The notes under the pieces: model-generated
Databases searched by the model: none
The model's input: only the letters and a program-made list of their open reading frames with translations
What the model was told of the DNA's origin: nothing
Translations under genes and position numbers: made by a program
From: Patellaria atrata CBS 101060
Lineage: Eukaryota
Length of the DNA stretch: 64,000 nt
Reading direction: 5' to 3'
Assembly (NCBI GenBank): GCA_010093705.1
Contig: MU006089.1
Span: 756,011-820,010 of the forward strand
In this document: piece after piece, positions 37,036 to 49,584 of the stretch
How positions within the stretch are numbered: the stretch's first letter is position 1
Layout: each line of letters begins with the position of its first letter

Positions 37036-39701
37036 CTACAAATCCTCCGAAAACCTCGAATCCCTAACGGGACTCCCCGTCTTCTCCTTCGCTAAAGATC
37101 CAAAACTCGGCGGCGGCGCAAGTCCCTCATCAAAGTGGTCCCTCGCCTCCTCAAAATCTTCACCACTGCTAACATCGCTAACCCTCCTACCCGTTCTACC
37201 ACGGTCCTCCTCCTCGCTACTGAGAGAACTGATCGACGGGCTCCTTGCTCTAGCGCTCTGCTTACCCCCTTCCCGGGAAGTGTACGCGGGGCCCGAGAGG
37301 GTGGAGAGATCCACACCTGGTTCAGCGATGCTACTATTAGACTCTTTGGGTCCGGTGGTTCCAGTCAAGGCGGCGCCCCCGATGAAGGATTTCTCGGAGG
37401 GCGAATTTGGGCTTTCGTCTGCAGGAGGTTTGGAACGACGTTTGAGTTTATTGAGCAAAGACTTGAGACCTTTCGATTCCTTTGCAGGGGACATAGGTGA
37501 AGTAGGTGATGTTACCTGGTCTTCTGCGGAATCTGCTTTGCTGCTGTCGTTTGTACGGGCGGTATCAGGGCGAGTTGTACCGTCGGCATCGTGAGCGACG
37601 CTACTTACACGCCTGCTTAGGGAAATGTCGCTAGTAGGTGAGGTTATGACGGCTAGATCGGCCGTTAGGTCTGGTCCTGTATCTGCTTCGGGGAGCGCCT
37701 CGATTTCGGTCATGGGTTCTTCTGTTGGAGCAGCTGCTCTTGATTTTCGCTTTTGATCCTTCTCTAGTCGTTTCTCTTCGGCTGCTTTGGCTTTCTCGAT
37801 TTCTTTACGGGCATTTTCTGCGGCTTTGTCTTCAGCCTTTCTGGCTTTGGCTGCAGCTTTGTCCTCATCTACATTCATATTAGAATGTTTCGATCCTCTC
37901 ATAACCGCTGGAATATGATTAAATGAGAACTTACCTTTACTACGCTTCTCTTCCGCTTTGAGCTCCGCTGCTCGCTGTCTTTCGCGTTCTAACTCCCGCT
38001 TTTTTTGCTCCTGGTCCAATCGGAGCTCTTCATCGCGTGCTCGTTGTTGTTCTGCTTTGGTATTGATCTCATCAAGGGTAGGTTGTATCTTTGACTGTGC
38101 AATAGCGTCTACCTCAGACTGGTCGAGATATTTTCCACCGCCAATATGGACCCTTCCATAATTTGCCATACGAGCTTTGCTATCGGCAGCCGCTTTGGCC
38201 CTAGCTCTCGCTTCCCATTCCTCCATCATAGCTGGAGATGCCTTTCCTGTCTCATTGAATACCTTTTCATCTATGCTGTGCATCTGAGCATGGACCTTGC
38301 GCTCCGCGGCTGCCATTAGACTGTCACGGTCTATTTGTCTCTTCTTTGCATCTACTTGTGCAACTTGGTCATTAAATAGAGACATCTGAGAACGAATTTT
38401 TCGAGATCGCTCCTCATCATCCGAGTCTGCCAACCCGCCCTCACTTGACGCTCGACGTCTACCTCGTCGAATGGAGAGGCGGGATCTCGGTGATTCTTTC
38501 TCGTATCCATAATAACTGCGGAATGCCGCGCTCTCATCCGGATTGAGTTTTGCTAACCGCTCAGCCGCCAACTTATGTGCAGCATCTTGGAGATGTATAT
38601 ACTGCATCGCTTGTTCCCTTATGTCCGTCTCAGTGGTTGTAGAGGGTCGTCTGCCATGGACAGCAGTTGCTGCTGCACGACCGTCAGATCTTGAGGTTTC
38701 AGAAGCGGCGTCGATATGTGCTTGTTGGATCTCGAACATCTTTTTCGCCATAGACACAGCAGACGCACGAAGAGCATCCTGACGCTTCTTCTCCTCGACT
38801 TCGATTGAAACCGGTGGATGCTCGGTGTACATTTGTCGGTTGACATTTCTGCCCAAATTTTGAGCGCGAGCAGCTTGCATAGCTGGTGAGCTAAGGCGGT
38901 TGGAGTCGATAGCTTGAGGTTTTCCCTGAGGCCTATTTGCTACAGTAGCCGCATTGAGTGCGTTGTGCGCAGAGTTTGCTTCATCTGGATAAGAAGGAAT
39001 AGGGGTTGGTGTTGACCCCGACCGTTGCCTTCCTGACATTGCTCCGGTTGCGGCCATCAATGCTTTCTTTCTACTATCGGACGGAGTTCCACGCTCTACA
39101 TGTGGACTCAATCCCTTATTGCGAAAGGCTATTCCTGCCGCAGAATTTCCGACCTTGGTAGCTTCAGGAGTCCAAAGATTAACCTTAGGGCCATCCCTAG
39201 CTGCCCGCAAGGCGGCCTTGGAGCCAGCTGCGCTTTCTTCAGGTTTCCATAGAGGGGCCGGTTTATAATCTTTGGCAGCCAAAGCTGCTTTCCCTGCTGC
39301 GCTCGAGGGATCGGGCCTCCATGGCTCGATTGTCTTCTGGTTATTGTTCGCCAGGTTAGCAGCGGAATGGGCGGAATTAGAGGGTTCTTCGATGCCAACG
39401 ATGGGGTATGCGGGTAGGTCTTGCGGTTGTGCGTATTTAAGGGATGTCGCAGCACCTATTTAAGGCATCAGTCTATGTTAAATAGAATAGTGGGAGGCAG
39501 TTTACTAGCAGAGGAGAGCTTGCCATCGGCATCCAAAGGGTCGATGTCCCTCGAGCTCTTTGCACTTTTATGATCACCTGCATTAGATGCGTATAACGCA
39601 GCCGTTGACGCTTGCTCCTGCAGTCTTGTGTCTTTCCCATGAACAGAGGGATCTGGGCAGGGTACATCGCCAGATGGTAAACCAGCATGTGTGTGAGCCA
39701 T
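37036..39701 (-). CDS. Eisosome protein 1-like coiled-coil protein
   Basis: Exon 1 ...DGKLSSAS joined to AATSLKYA; Ala-rich repeats, GRVHIGGGKYLDQSEVDAIAQSKIQPTLDEIN, C-terminal DSRFSEDL; introns ~39508-39457 and 37934-37869. Confidence 0.78.
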
Positions 39702-40531
39702 CTTCTCAGTGAGAGAGTCCTGTTCAAGGACCCACTCGGTAGAAATAGAATTACGACGCGATATTGATGTATCCTGCGAGTTCAGTAAAACAGTGTGGTA
39801 TCAAAAGGCTATGTCGCAAAGGAATCGTCTAGCTCAATCCAGCGTTGATCTAAGGAATCGGTCTGAGCGGCTGATATTGTCTGCTTGATCACGTAGAGTT
39901 TCCTTAGATGTTTATTTCGAATTAGATGCTAATGGAGCCTTGCTTATGAGGAGTAAAGGGGTGATTATGGGAGTTAATGGGCGTCTCTGAGGGGGGGTTG
40001 TGGTGATGAGGGAACAATAGAGGGCGGAAGCTAGAGCTATTGGTATGACATCATGTACGCAGAGAGAATCACACAGCGATCCATCACCAAGACGGAAAAT
40101 CAACCTAACCTATTATTGCCAGAGACGTACCGTTTTGGTGTTCCAAATGTACAGAGTACAAGTACTACCGAATTCCAGTAAATGTCTCATTCGACCGCAG
40201 TACTGTACTGTTCACACTCTGTACGTAGCATTCCAAGCACCATAAATTGTTTCTAACTTGCCCCTCTTGAACGGGCATCGAGACGTTGGATAGGGCGTGC
40301 AGTGCCTAAGCTTTCGGCACGGACAACCCCTACAGACCTAACAGGAAATCTGGGTGATCGACCCCTAGCACCATTCTGTACCTACGTATGATCTCAGTTT
40401 TTCCCACAATATCACCGCCCTACTTGTCAATTTTCAAAATGCCTTAGCGTACAGGTACTACTTGGGGACGCTCCTCCATAATCATAGGCTCAAAGTCCTT
40501 CCTCCAACCCTTATAGGTCTCTCAGGTCATC

Positions 40532-41446
40532 ATGGAGGCTAACAAGATTCTCAATTTTCGAGATGTAGGGACAACCATCAATAGAATTACGTCCTCACAG
40601 TGAGTCTCCCGTCTTACCAGCCTACTATACCGTCTGACAGTGCACTATAGGCTGGTGAAATCGGGCAAGCTCTTTCGAAGCGCTCGGCCTGACGACGCGT
40701 CTCCCTCAGAGCAGAGAGCCTTAGTCGACCAGCATGGTATTAAACATATCATAGATTTGAGAACTCCTACAGAACACATAGAGCAGTCTAAGAGACGCAA
40801 TACCAACGTAGTCGCCTCCGCCCTCGTTCCCAAGACTGAAGAACAGGTCGCTGGGCCCCTGAGGATACCCGGTATCACACATCACGATATCAACTTCAAT
40901 GGGAGCGCTTTCTCCCGTTCTCTGCTCTGGCAACTCTCCTGGTGGAACATAACAAAGCTCCTTTCCCTCATGGTGCTCGGATACCGACTTGAAGCTATCA
41001 GCATCCTGGGACGTAATGTCATGGCTCCTCGCGGTCTCATCGGGCTCGGTATTGACTCGGTTGACGCTTGTAAAGCCGAAGTACGTATGGTATTCGATCT
41101 ACTCGCCAATGAAGACAAATATCCTATCTGTGTTCACTGTACGCAAGGTAAGGACCGCACAGGTTTAATCGTTATGTTGGTATTGTTGCTACTGGACGTA
41201 TCCATCGAAGCAATCAATGAAGACTACATGATGAGCGGACCTGAGCTAGAATCCGAGAAAGACGGACGGCTCAAGGAGATTCAAAGTATTGGGCTTGGGA
41301 AGGAGTTTGCTGAATGTTCACCAGAGTTAGTACAAAAGGTATCCGAGCATCTTGTCAACAAGTACGACGGTGTGGTTGGGTATTTAGAGGCTTGCGGTGT
41401 GACAAAAGAAATGATGGAAAAGGTTAAAGCGATACTGGCCCCATAA
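40532..41446 (+). CDS. Tyrosine/dual-specificity phosphatase (Y_phosphatase3 / IphP-like)
   Basis: ILNFRDVG|..GKLFRSA..IIDLRT..VHCTQGKDRTG (CX5R)..DYMMS; one intron 40600-40650. Confidence 0.9.
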
Positions 41447-41816
41447 CGATATGTAGTCTTCCAACAAAAGAGTTCGAGCAGCGAGGATATGTATAAATCT
41501 ACTTACATTTCCATTCCTCAGTGGTGAGTATTCACTCATATGTATTTAAGTAGGTACTAAAATCACTGTAATTACGCACTATATTGCTTTATACATACCG
41601 AGTAGGTACCTGACTACTACGCCGAATCAACACTCATCTTTTTCTCGCGTATCAAGTAAATCATTGTCTTTGCATCAACTATTGTTATTATACTCATATG
41701 TGTCAAAATTTTTTATCCCTACCGACTCCTGGATACTTGGCAAGTTCGAAAATATATCACCAGCTGACATTTCCTTTGATTCCCCGGAAGTTAAACAAAG
41801 GAAACGTATGTAAAGA

Positions 41817-43127
41817 CTATAATAGATCAGGCAAACTGACCACTCTTCCCGGCATATCAGAAACAACGAATCTCACCTTCCTCGATCTCAATATATCGAT
41901 CGGCTTCGCGGTTTCCGGCGTAACAATGATCGCGATCTCTTCGCAACCAGGCAAAGCACGATCTTGTTTCTCCAGATTCACCAAACCCAGTAAATACCAT
42001 TGCGTCGACTCCTTGTCCGACAAAAGAAAACTTTGACTCTTGTGACCGTTAAGAATAAGGTCCTGTGTTCCGTCATCGGGACTTACGAGATCCAGTACGC
42101 TGCTGGAACTTGTATCAGACCGAGATAATAGCCTATCAGATGTCCTACCTCTTCTATACTCTACGCTCAGCGGAGTAGTTCTCTCGACATCAAGATGGCT
42201 TCTCGTCCAGTCTAAGTCTAGACTCCTTCCCAACCTCTCTTCCCTCTTCCGAGTGGACGGAGATCTACGCTGGGGTTTGTCTCTCAGATCCTTCATTAAG
42301 GAGTCGATTAAGTCTCTTCTTGGTTCCTCTTCTGGTACCGGTGGCTTTCCTTTCGTTAGAAGTTGCTCTTCCATTACCATAGGTCGCGCTCTGCTCACGT
42401 AAGACGGGTTTTCCTTCATATGAGGTGGCTCTCTCTTCCTTACAAGTTGCTCTTCCTTTGCCGTATGTAGCTCTCTCTTTTCAAGTGGCACTTCCTGTAA
42501 TACAGATCTCTGTCCTTTCATCAGAGGTAGTGGATCCTTACCAGACAGCTCTCCCTTTACCACAGAGACCTTCCTCCTCACCGCAGCCGACTCTCCCCTC
42601 GTCACAGGCCGCCCCCTTTGCATCACAGACGGCTCCGCCTCACCCACGCTCTCCACCGCAGCCTGCCGCGTCTCCTTTCGCTCAACAACCGGACCATCAC
42701 GACGTCCACCCAACCTCTACTCAGACAACGCCGGTAGCGAAGAAGTCCCCAGCACAGCCCTCCCGTCCCCTCTTCGTCGCGGAACCACATCCTCAACCTC
42801 AATCCTATACTTCCCACAATCCGCACACGCCCGATGCGCGCATCTGTCACAGTACTCAGCACTATACACGATCTCGACCCGCTCTTTCCTCCCTAACAGT
42901 CTTTGCAGCAAATCCGGTTTGCTGGCGGGCGTTTTGACGGTGTTGGTTGCGCGGCAGCTTGAGAGACAGCATTCCCAGCCGTAGATGGAGCGAGTTGTTC
43001 GCTCGAGGGGGATTTTGTGCCGGTCTGAGAATAGGAGGGTTTGTTTGCCGTGCAGGGTTATGGGGTTGGGGGATGGGGTGAGGGCTGCGCGAATGTTGCT
43101 GGTAAGTTGAGGGGGTGTTGGAGGCAT
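41817..43127 (-). CDS. Cys-rich (putative zinc-binding) protein whose frame is split by one in-frame TAG; either recoded or a pseudogene
   Basis: ORFs 43127-42717 and 42713-41817 are in the same frame (…GAG TAG AGG TTG…). The N-terminal part has WECCLSSC...CDRCAHRACADC. TATAAAA lies ~135 bp upstream. Confidence 0.6.
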
Positions 43128-44721
43128 TGTTCTCGCTGTGGGTTGTGGGTTGTGGGTTGCGAGTTGTGAGTTTGATACTTAGTTCTTGGGGCGCAAGAAG
43201 TATCTTTGGTTTCTGAAAGTACGGTAAAGTCTGCTCAGAGCAGTGTACAGCAGGACGTAGTTTTATAGTACATGAGTACTAGAAATACAATGGGCTGAAA
43301 ACGGTGTTGTTTTTTCACCCTCATCTGAGTCCCTGAATAATGTATCTGAGTCTTTAACAAAAAAAAGTAAAGGGATTAAGGGATATGGAAAAGATTAAGG
43401 AGATAAAAAAAATACAGGTGTTATACAGATGGTGGTACCATCTGGCAGATTGATCGAGCCGAGTCTCGAACCGTCGACATAGGAAATTGACTAGTGAGAA
43501 AGGAAATTCCAAGTTATTGCCCTCGCCACTCGGCCATGCTGACATTGTAGAAGATTTGGTATCGATTACATATAAGGTGCAAGTTAAATCCCTAGAATGG
43601 GATGTGTAGGTTTGAACCCCATATTCAGTACGCTCCTCGGTGAGGTAGTTTGGGGGAGGGGAATAGTGAGTACAATATATCCAGGGGGTTTGGATGATAG
43701 GTGGTGCGGATGGTGAACGTATTATGCAGTAGGTCAGAGTGAAGTATAAATTCTTTTCTAAGTTTGCCTATCCCATTAGCGTTTCCATGCTGGTCACGCC
43801 AGCCGTATCTATAGTTGTGTACTCTTCACTCTTGAACATGAATATGGTCTAATTAGAAATATGGCTCGGTGTCATATAAATCTGGATGTCGTCCTGAAAG
43901 TTCTAATCAGTCCGTACAATGCAGTCAAACTCCCTTTCAGGACCAAGCGTATGCATCCCCTAGTTAGGATATTAGTGACGTATTGTACGCTCAGAGTCCC
44001 AAAGGACTTCATTTTGGTGATACATCCATCCTTATAAAATTCTATATGGAATTGGGTCTGACCTCTTCAATCTTAATGGTATTTTTAGGTTACCTGTACG
44101 CTTATACAATATCCTCTGACTTGTGATGTAAATCTGGAGGATCTTAACGAGTATCGACTATGATAGTGTGCAGTTATGTATACTCCGTAAGGTAAACATT
44201 CAGAGACTAAGACATGCTAGCCAATGTGAAGGGAAGTGTGTACAATGAGCGTATAGCGATGGAGGAATGCGAATAATGCCAAAGAAGGCAGATAGAACGT
44301 ATGGTAGAGGAATAGAGAGTAACTTCAGGAGTACTACTACCTGTGGAGCCATAACTCCATCGCTCATCCAAGTTACTTTTCCGCAAGCATTACTATTACA
44401 TTACTACCCCATCAGAGCTCAAACGGCCCATCCATGGGCGACAGTATTACACTATCCAAAATAGAACGACATGTCTCATTCGTTCACTCATTCATCGTCT
44501 ATCTCCCGATGACTATCCATTATGTTCCAAGTTCCGGAAGTAAGAGAACACATCCCTCAACACCATCATTAAAGCCCCCTTTGCGATCGGGCCAACCCAC
44601 ATTTCCCAGCCTGACATCAGAAAACGTATCCCCATACCATATACAGAAAGATCATGGGCCGACCGTACACCTACACAAAGCATCAATCATATAGAATCAG
44701 GAGCTTATGTAAGGGACAATG

Positions 44722-47700
44722 CTACGGTGCACTCGCTCCACCAGGGCCCCTCCCCAGTCTTCCACCCGCACTCACCCGTTTCTGCAACCTAGCTTCTCGT
44801 TCTTTCTCCCGCTCTCTTGGTGTAGTTCCATTTCCCGCAACAATCATCGGTAGCGCGGTAATTCTATCGTCAGTCCCATCCAAGCCTCCAATCCTCGCAG
44901 GGCTCATCCCATTGATAGGTCGTTTGCCAGCCCGTTGATCAGCTTTCTGCTCGAGATACATCTTTGCTGCTGAGCTAAGAGGGAATGGTGACGGCTGGGT
45001 CGGTAGATCAGCACCATTTTGAAATAGGAGTTCGGCGATGGCAAATGGTTTTCTTACGGGGGTGCGTGGGGGGTGCGGACCGGGCGACGTTGCGGGTGAG
45101 GCGCCTGCGGAGGGAGATGCGGGATCTGCGGCTGCAAGAGCGAGATAGACAGCGGGTGTGTTGCGGGAGCGGTCTGTGACACTAGGGTTCGCTTTTAGTG
45201 CAATACCGTACAAGACATTTTGGATATCATTTTTCTTAATGCTGGCAAGAAGAGTTTCGTCGGGAGTGGAGTAGTGTGAGAGCGTTGCAGAGATCGGTGT
45301 GACGTAGGCAGAGTCCGCATATTTGGCCGTGATGAACTTAAGGCGTTGGTCGCGAGTGGATGTTGGTGTGGGTTTGAGTGACCGATCAAGCTTTGCTTCC
45401 CAGACCATGTTGCTAACGCGGTTTCCGATAGTAAGAAGAATTTCGATGATGTCTTGTGTAAAGACGTTTGTGTCGAGCATTATCGAGCGGACCTTTGAAA
45501 TGTGTGTTCCCAAAGAGCGATGAATGCCGCTACATTCAATGCACATAACAATCCCAAGGTTGATAGAGACCCAGTCTACTTTGTTCTCATTGCCGCAATC
45601 TACACAGACCTTGTTGCCAGCATCCGCATCACGAATTTGTTGCAGCAACTTAGCAGAACTATCATCGTACTGTTCGATAGCTCTATAATGTGGCCTGTCC
45701 CCGACGGTAGCATGGCGGGATACTGATTTCGTGTTTGAAGCACTACGATGACCTGATAAAGATGTGCTATGCTTTCCTGTCAAAACGGATGCAATGTCTC
45801 TTCGGGTTGCTCCGGGTAATGAATCGGTGGATATCTTCTCAGGCACATTTTCGACAGCACTCTGTAGAGCATTGTTTATAGCCGAGATCCATGTCTTCAA
45901 GTCTTCTTCAGATGTTGCTTGATATACCCGTGTGTAGTTAGGTGTGATAACCTCGAAACAAAACCGTCTTTCCTGGTTCCGTGCTTCTCGAACTGATGCC
46001 ATCCGGAGATCAATAGGATCCATATGAAGGTCTAATTTTTGCTTCCAGTTATTGTATTCAGACAATTTGCCTTGATCCAAGACGATCCAGAATCTACGAA
46101 TCTGTCAGCGTGTTGTACAATTATAGAAGAACAGTGCGAAGTACTTATGCCAAGCTTGTTTGTTAAGTCCTTTTGGATCAAGATGGCTCCCAGGTCTGCT
46201 TAGAGCCCACAATAGACCTTCTTTACGATGAGCACCAGCTAAAGTGTCACCTGCAAGGCTGATGTAATCCCTTTCCTCGAGATCGCGGATGCCTTTGAAT
46301 TTATTTTGGCTTGGACTACTTGTTGGAGGTAACTGGTTGCCTGGGGAAGTCGGTGTGCTTTGAACAGAGGTATTCCCCCCATTCGTAGAACTGGAGGGTG
46401 GAGAGCCAGTTGTAGGAGCGTTGCTCGTGTTCTTGAATCCTGAATTGATCAAATTGGATCGACCTGCAGCCCAAGCATCTGTACCGCTAGGAGGCCGGTT
46501 CGTGTTTGCATTAACAGATAGCGTGGGTTGTGTTTGAGGACTGGTCGTGTTTTCCGGTTCAACATATGTCTTCGTACTCTTTTCTAGCACTCTTCTCTTT
46601 TCCTCTCTCTCCATTCTTTGGAGCTGGAATTCTTTGTCCGCTTCTTTGACCTCAGCACTCAAGGCTTCTAATTGGGGAACCAGAGCTTCAATCTTCTTCG
46701 CGGTTGCTAGGTAACCCTTTGATTGAGCATCAGCATATTTTGTCAATTGAGATAAGACTTCCTGATCTTTGCGACCGCCATGTAGATCCTGCATGAACGA
46801 AGAATAATCGAACCGTTTGAGCTCGAAATTTCGTCTCTTAGTTTGGTACTTTGAGTCTGTCTCCGCACGCTTCTTGTCTTTCAACGAATCCTGACGTTGA
46901 CCTAGGTAGCGACCAACGTATGCATAATATTCCTTGCTTTCATCCTCAAAGTCTTTCTTCTTTGCCTCAGCTTGTTTGATGTCGATATTATATAGCTTAT
47001 AAATGGGCTCAATGATAAGTTTCCGTATGTTGTTAGTGTTCTGCTTCTCGTAGGACAGAATTTCCTTCGCTATCTTATCGAAGTAATGTTCCATTGCTGG
47101 CTGCACGGCATTCGCATTTGACGATGATGCCTCGCGAAACGCTTCAATGAGATCACTGAAAGCATCGTTGGCAATGTGTTGGGCTTCCGATGCTGACTCG
47201 GCACGCTTGAGAACTTTCTTCCATCGAGCACGCATGTTTCCAGTTTTCTGCTCCATCGCCTTAATTGTAGCACGGAATAGAGGCCCATCGTCCACCGCAC
47301 TTACATCGTCGCCGGGTCTCTGACAGTTAATATCTACTTTAGGAGCAGCAACAGGCGCACCTGTGGACGATGTTGTTGTTGGGATCAGTCCTAAGCCATA
47401 CTCTGGAGCTGGTTCGAGATTGGGAGAATGCGGATTTTGCAAATCCTTGCCATCACCTCCGTCAGAGTCACTTACACGGGATTCTATGGACTGAGATGAA
47501 GGAACCCTTAAGCGTGGCGGGACGCTAATATCTAAAAGCGGTGAGGGCAATTTTGGACTCCCCGGATGCCTTTGAGAATCTGGAATTTGTCAGTAGAAGT
47601 GTTTATGGGGTTTAAAATTGACACTTACTCTGCATCCAGAATGAGAAAGTAGCTAAGGTATTCAGGCGATGTGCACGCTGATCGTACTCGACGAACTGAT

Positions 47701-48454
47701 CTCCCATTAGGCCAAGGTATACAATTAGCGGGAAACAACTTACACTACAGCTGTTTCGCCATCCACCACCTCTATCTTCTAATGGTTTAGGCGGTTTCCA
47801 TTTCCACGACCAATGGAATTGTATTGAAGCATGACCGCTAGTGGAATAGTCACCGACGAGATCCACATTAGGGTTCTTGTGTAAGTTCGGATTTGCCTGG
47901 AATTCCTTTGTGACGAGATAATCAAGATCTTTTGTACTTGGTGCAAAAGCATAAGTCAATCCGTTTATGAATGTGTCCACAGCATTATTCAAGGACGTCT
48001 GGGATGCGCCATTATTGGGGTCGTAACTCGATTGTGGAACCCGTGTTTGCCGTACCACAAGCGTAAAATTGAATGTTAACTCTTCTTCATTGCTAAGTTT
48101 GAGCAGATAAGTTGGTGGTGTAGACGACGTAATAGTTTCAGGGTCCTTTCGAGTTTATCAACATCCACGAAATAACAACTGTGATTTCCTATACACACCT
48201 GAACATATTCTATAACCGCATCATCTCCAATATCTCTCTTCGCGGTGTATCTTGTCGCAGGAAACGCGTTAGGGGTGACATTGAGGAGTACACGGTTTCT
48301 AGGATTTGTGATGGTAACAGCGGCAATTGAGACTATCCTCGGCTGTCAGTTCATATTGTTGGAAAGAAGGATCTAGAGGGGAAATACATCGTTGAGCGTC
48401 TTTCAAATAGAGCGAGTTCCCCTCTTCGCCTGGCTTGCTCCCGACATTCCCCAT
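44722..48454 (-). CDS. Arf GTPase-activating protein with BAR and PH domains (Csx2/Age1/ACAP-like)
   Basis: MGNVGS start (myristoylation-like); DDGPLFRA BAR start; PH domain KEGLLW..WHK|FWIV..RRFCFEVITP..W; ArfGAP CVDC..WVSINLGIVMCIECSGIHRSLGTHISKVRS; ~5 introns. Confidence 0.93.
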
Positions 48455-49584
48455 GATTCACAGTAATGCCCGTATTAATACGATATACGCGATTCTAGAC
48501 GAGATTGAGAGAAGTGACGCGGTAAGATAACAAAGTCCTAAACTAGAATTCCCCCGAAGGAGGCTGCCACTCGAGGCGGCGCTTTTTGCTATTCGGCCCT
48601 GCTCCAAATATCTCGCGATATGTCCTTGCCGGGGTTCATGGATCGGGGTTTAACTTTGCGACCGGCTTTGTTTGCTACGAACGATACGGAGGTGTGGGGT
48701 TCGGAGGTCAAGGGATGGATTAAGAGCTGTTACGGTGAGAAAATATCGAGTTATGGGAGTATATTTGTGTAAGTATCGTTGGCGTGGCGCTGCAGCATGG
48801 GTTTATACGATATGGGGTGGAGGTTTAGGTTACAATATCGAGCACAGCAGAAAATGAGGGGTGGGTTGCTTGACTGCTTGGAAGCTTCACGCTTGGGTCG
48901 TCCTTGGATGACTCGCGCCGACTTAAACACTCAATAGGGCCCAAGGGGCCCCTGACTAAAGGGGTCAAGTGCCCATTGTATCGCTGAGTGTTCGTAGTAA
49001 AATACCTTTTGGTCGCTCTCCAAATCCAAATTCTTTGATCACCATCAACGCTTCAAACATGTCACACAGTATCACTGTATCACACCAGTATATCTAGGTG
49101 GAAAGGACGTGATTTTCCTTTGTTAGCCCAAGGCACTCGTTCCTAGACACCGGATCACTGTCTCACAACGATTTGATGCCATGCACTTGACCGACCGTTA
49201 CGGTTTTGTCGCACATCACCAAGAGCAGGCTTGCTCGTGCTTGCAAGGTCTCCTTGGTGGATTGTCCTGCAGGTACATCAGGCACGCTCTGGTGCAAAAC
49301 CAGCCCAGTTTACCGTTTTTCCCTAGATCTACGATTCGGTCTGCAGTTCTGAATATAGGATAAAAAGATGGAATCCAATCGAGGATCAGCATCTTATCCA
49401 ACGGCACAAACGGTGTTGACTCGCTCGCGATGCCTTCAATGCCCGCCAGCTCACACCGCTCCTCTTCGTACTCGTCCACCCAAAAAAATAAATAAGCACA
49501 TGTTTTTGATATTTAAGATCTTCAGCTAACCTCACAACATCAGCTAAGTAGCAGTCTCATTTATTCCTTTCCTTCCATCTTACG

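Noticed and set aside
43130..44720. AT-richer intergenic stretch as a RIP-degraded transposon
   Set aside because: No transposase or RT remnants, terminal repeats or clear TpA excess discernible by eye.
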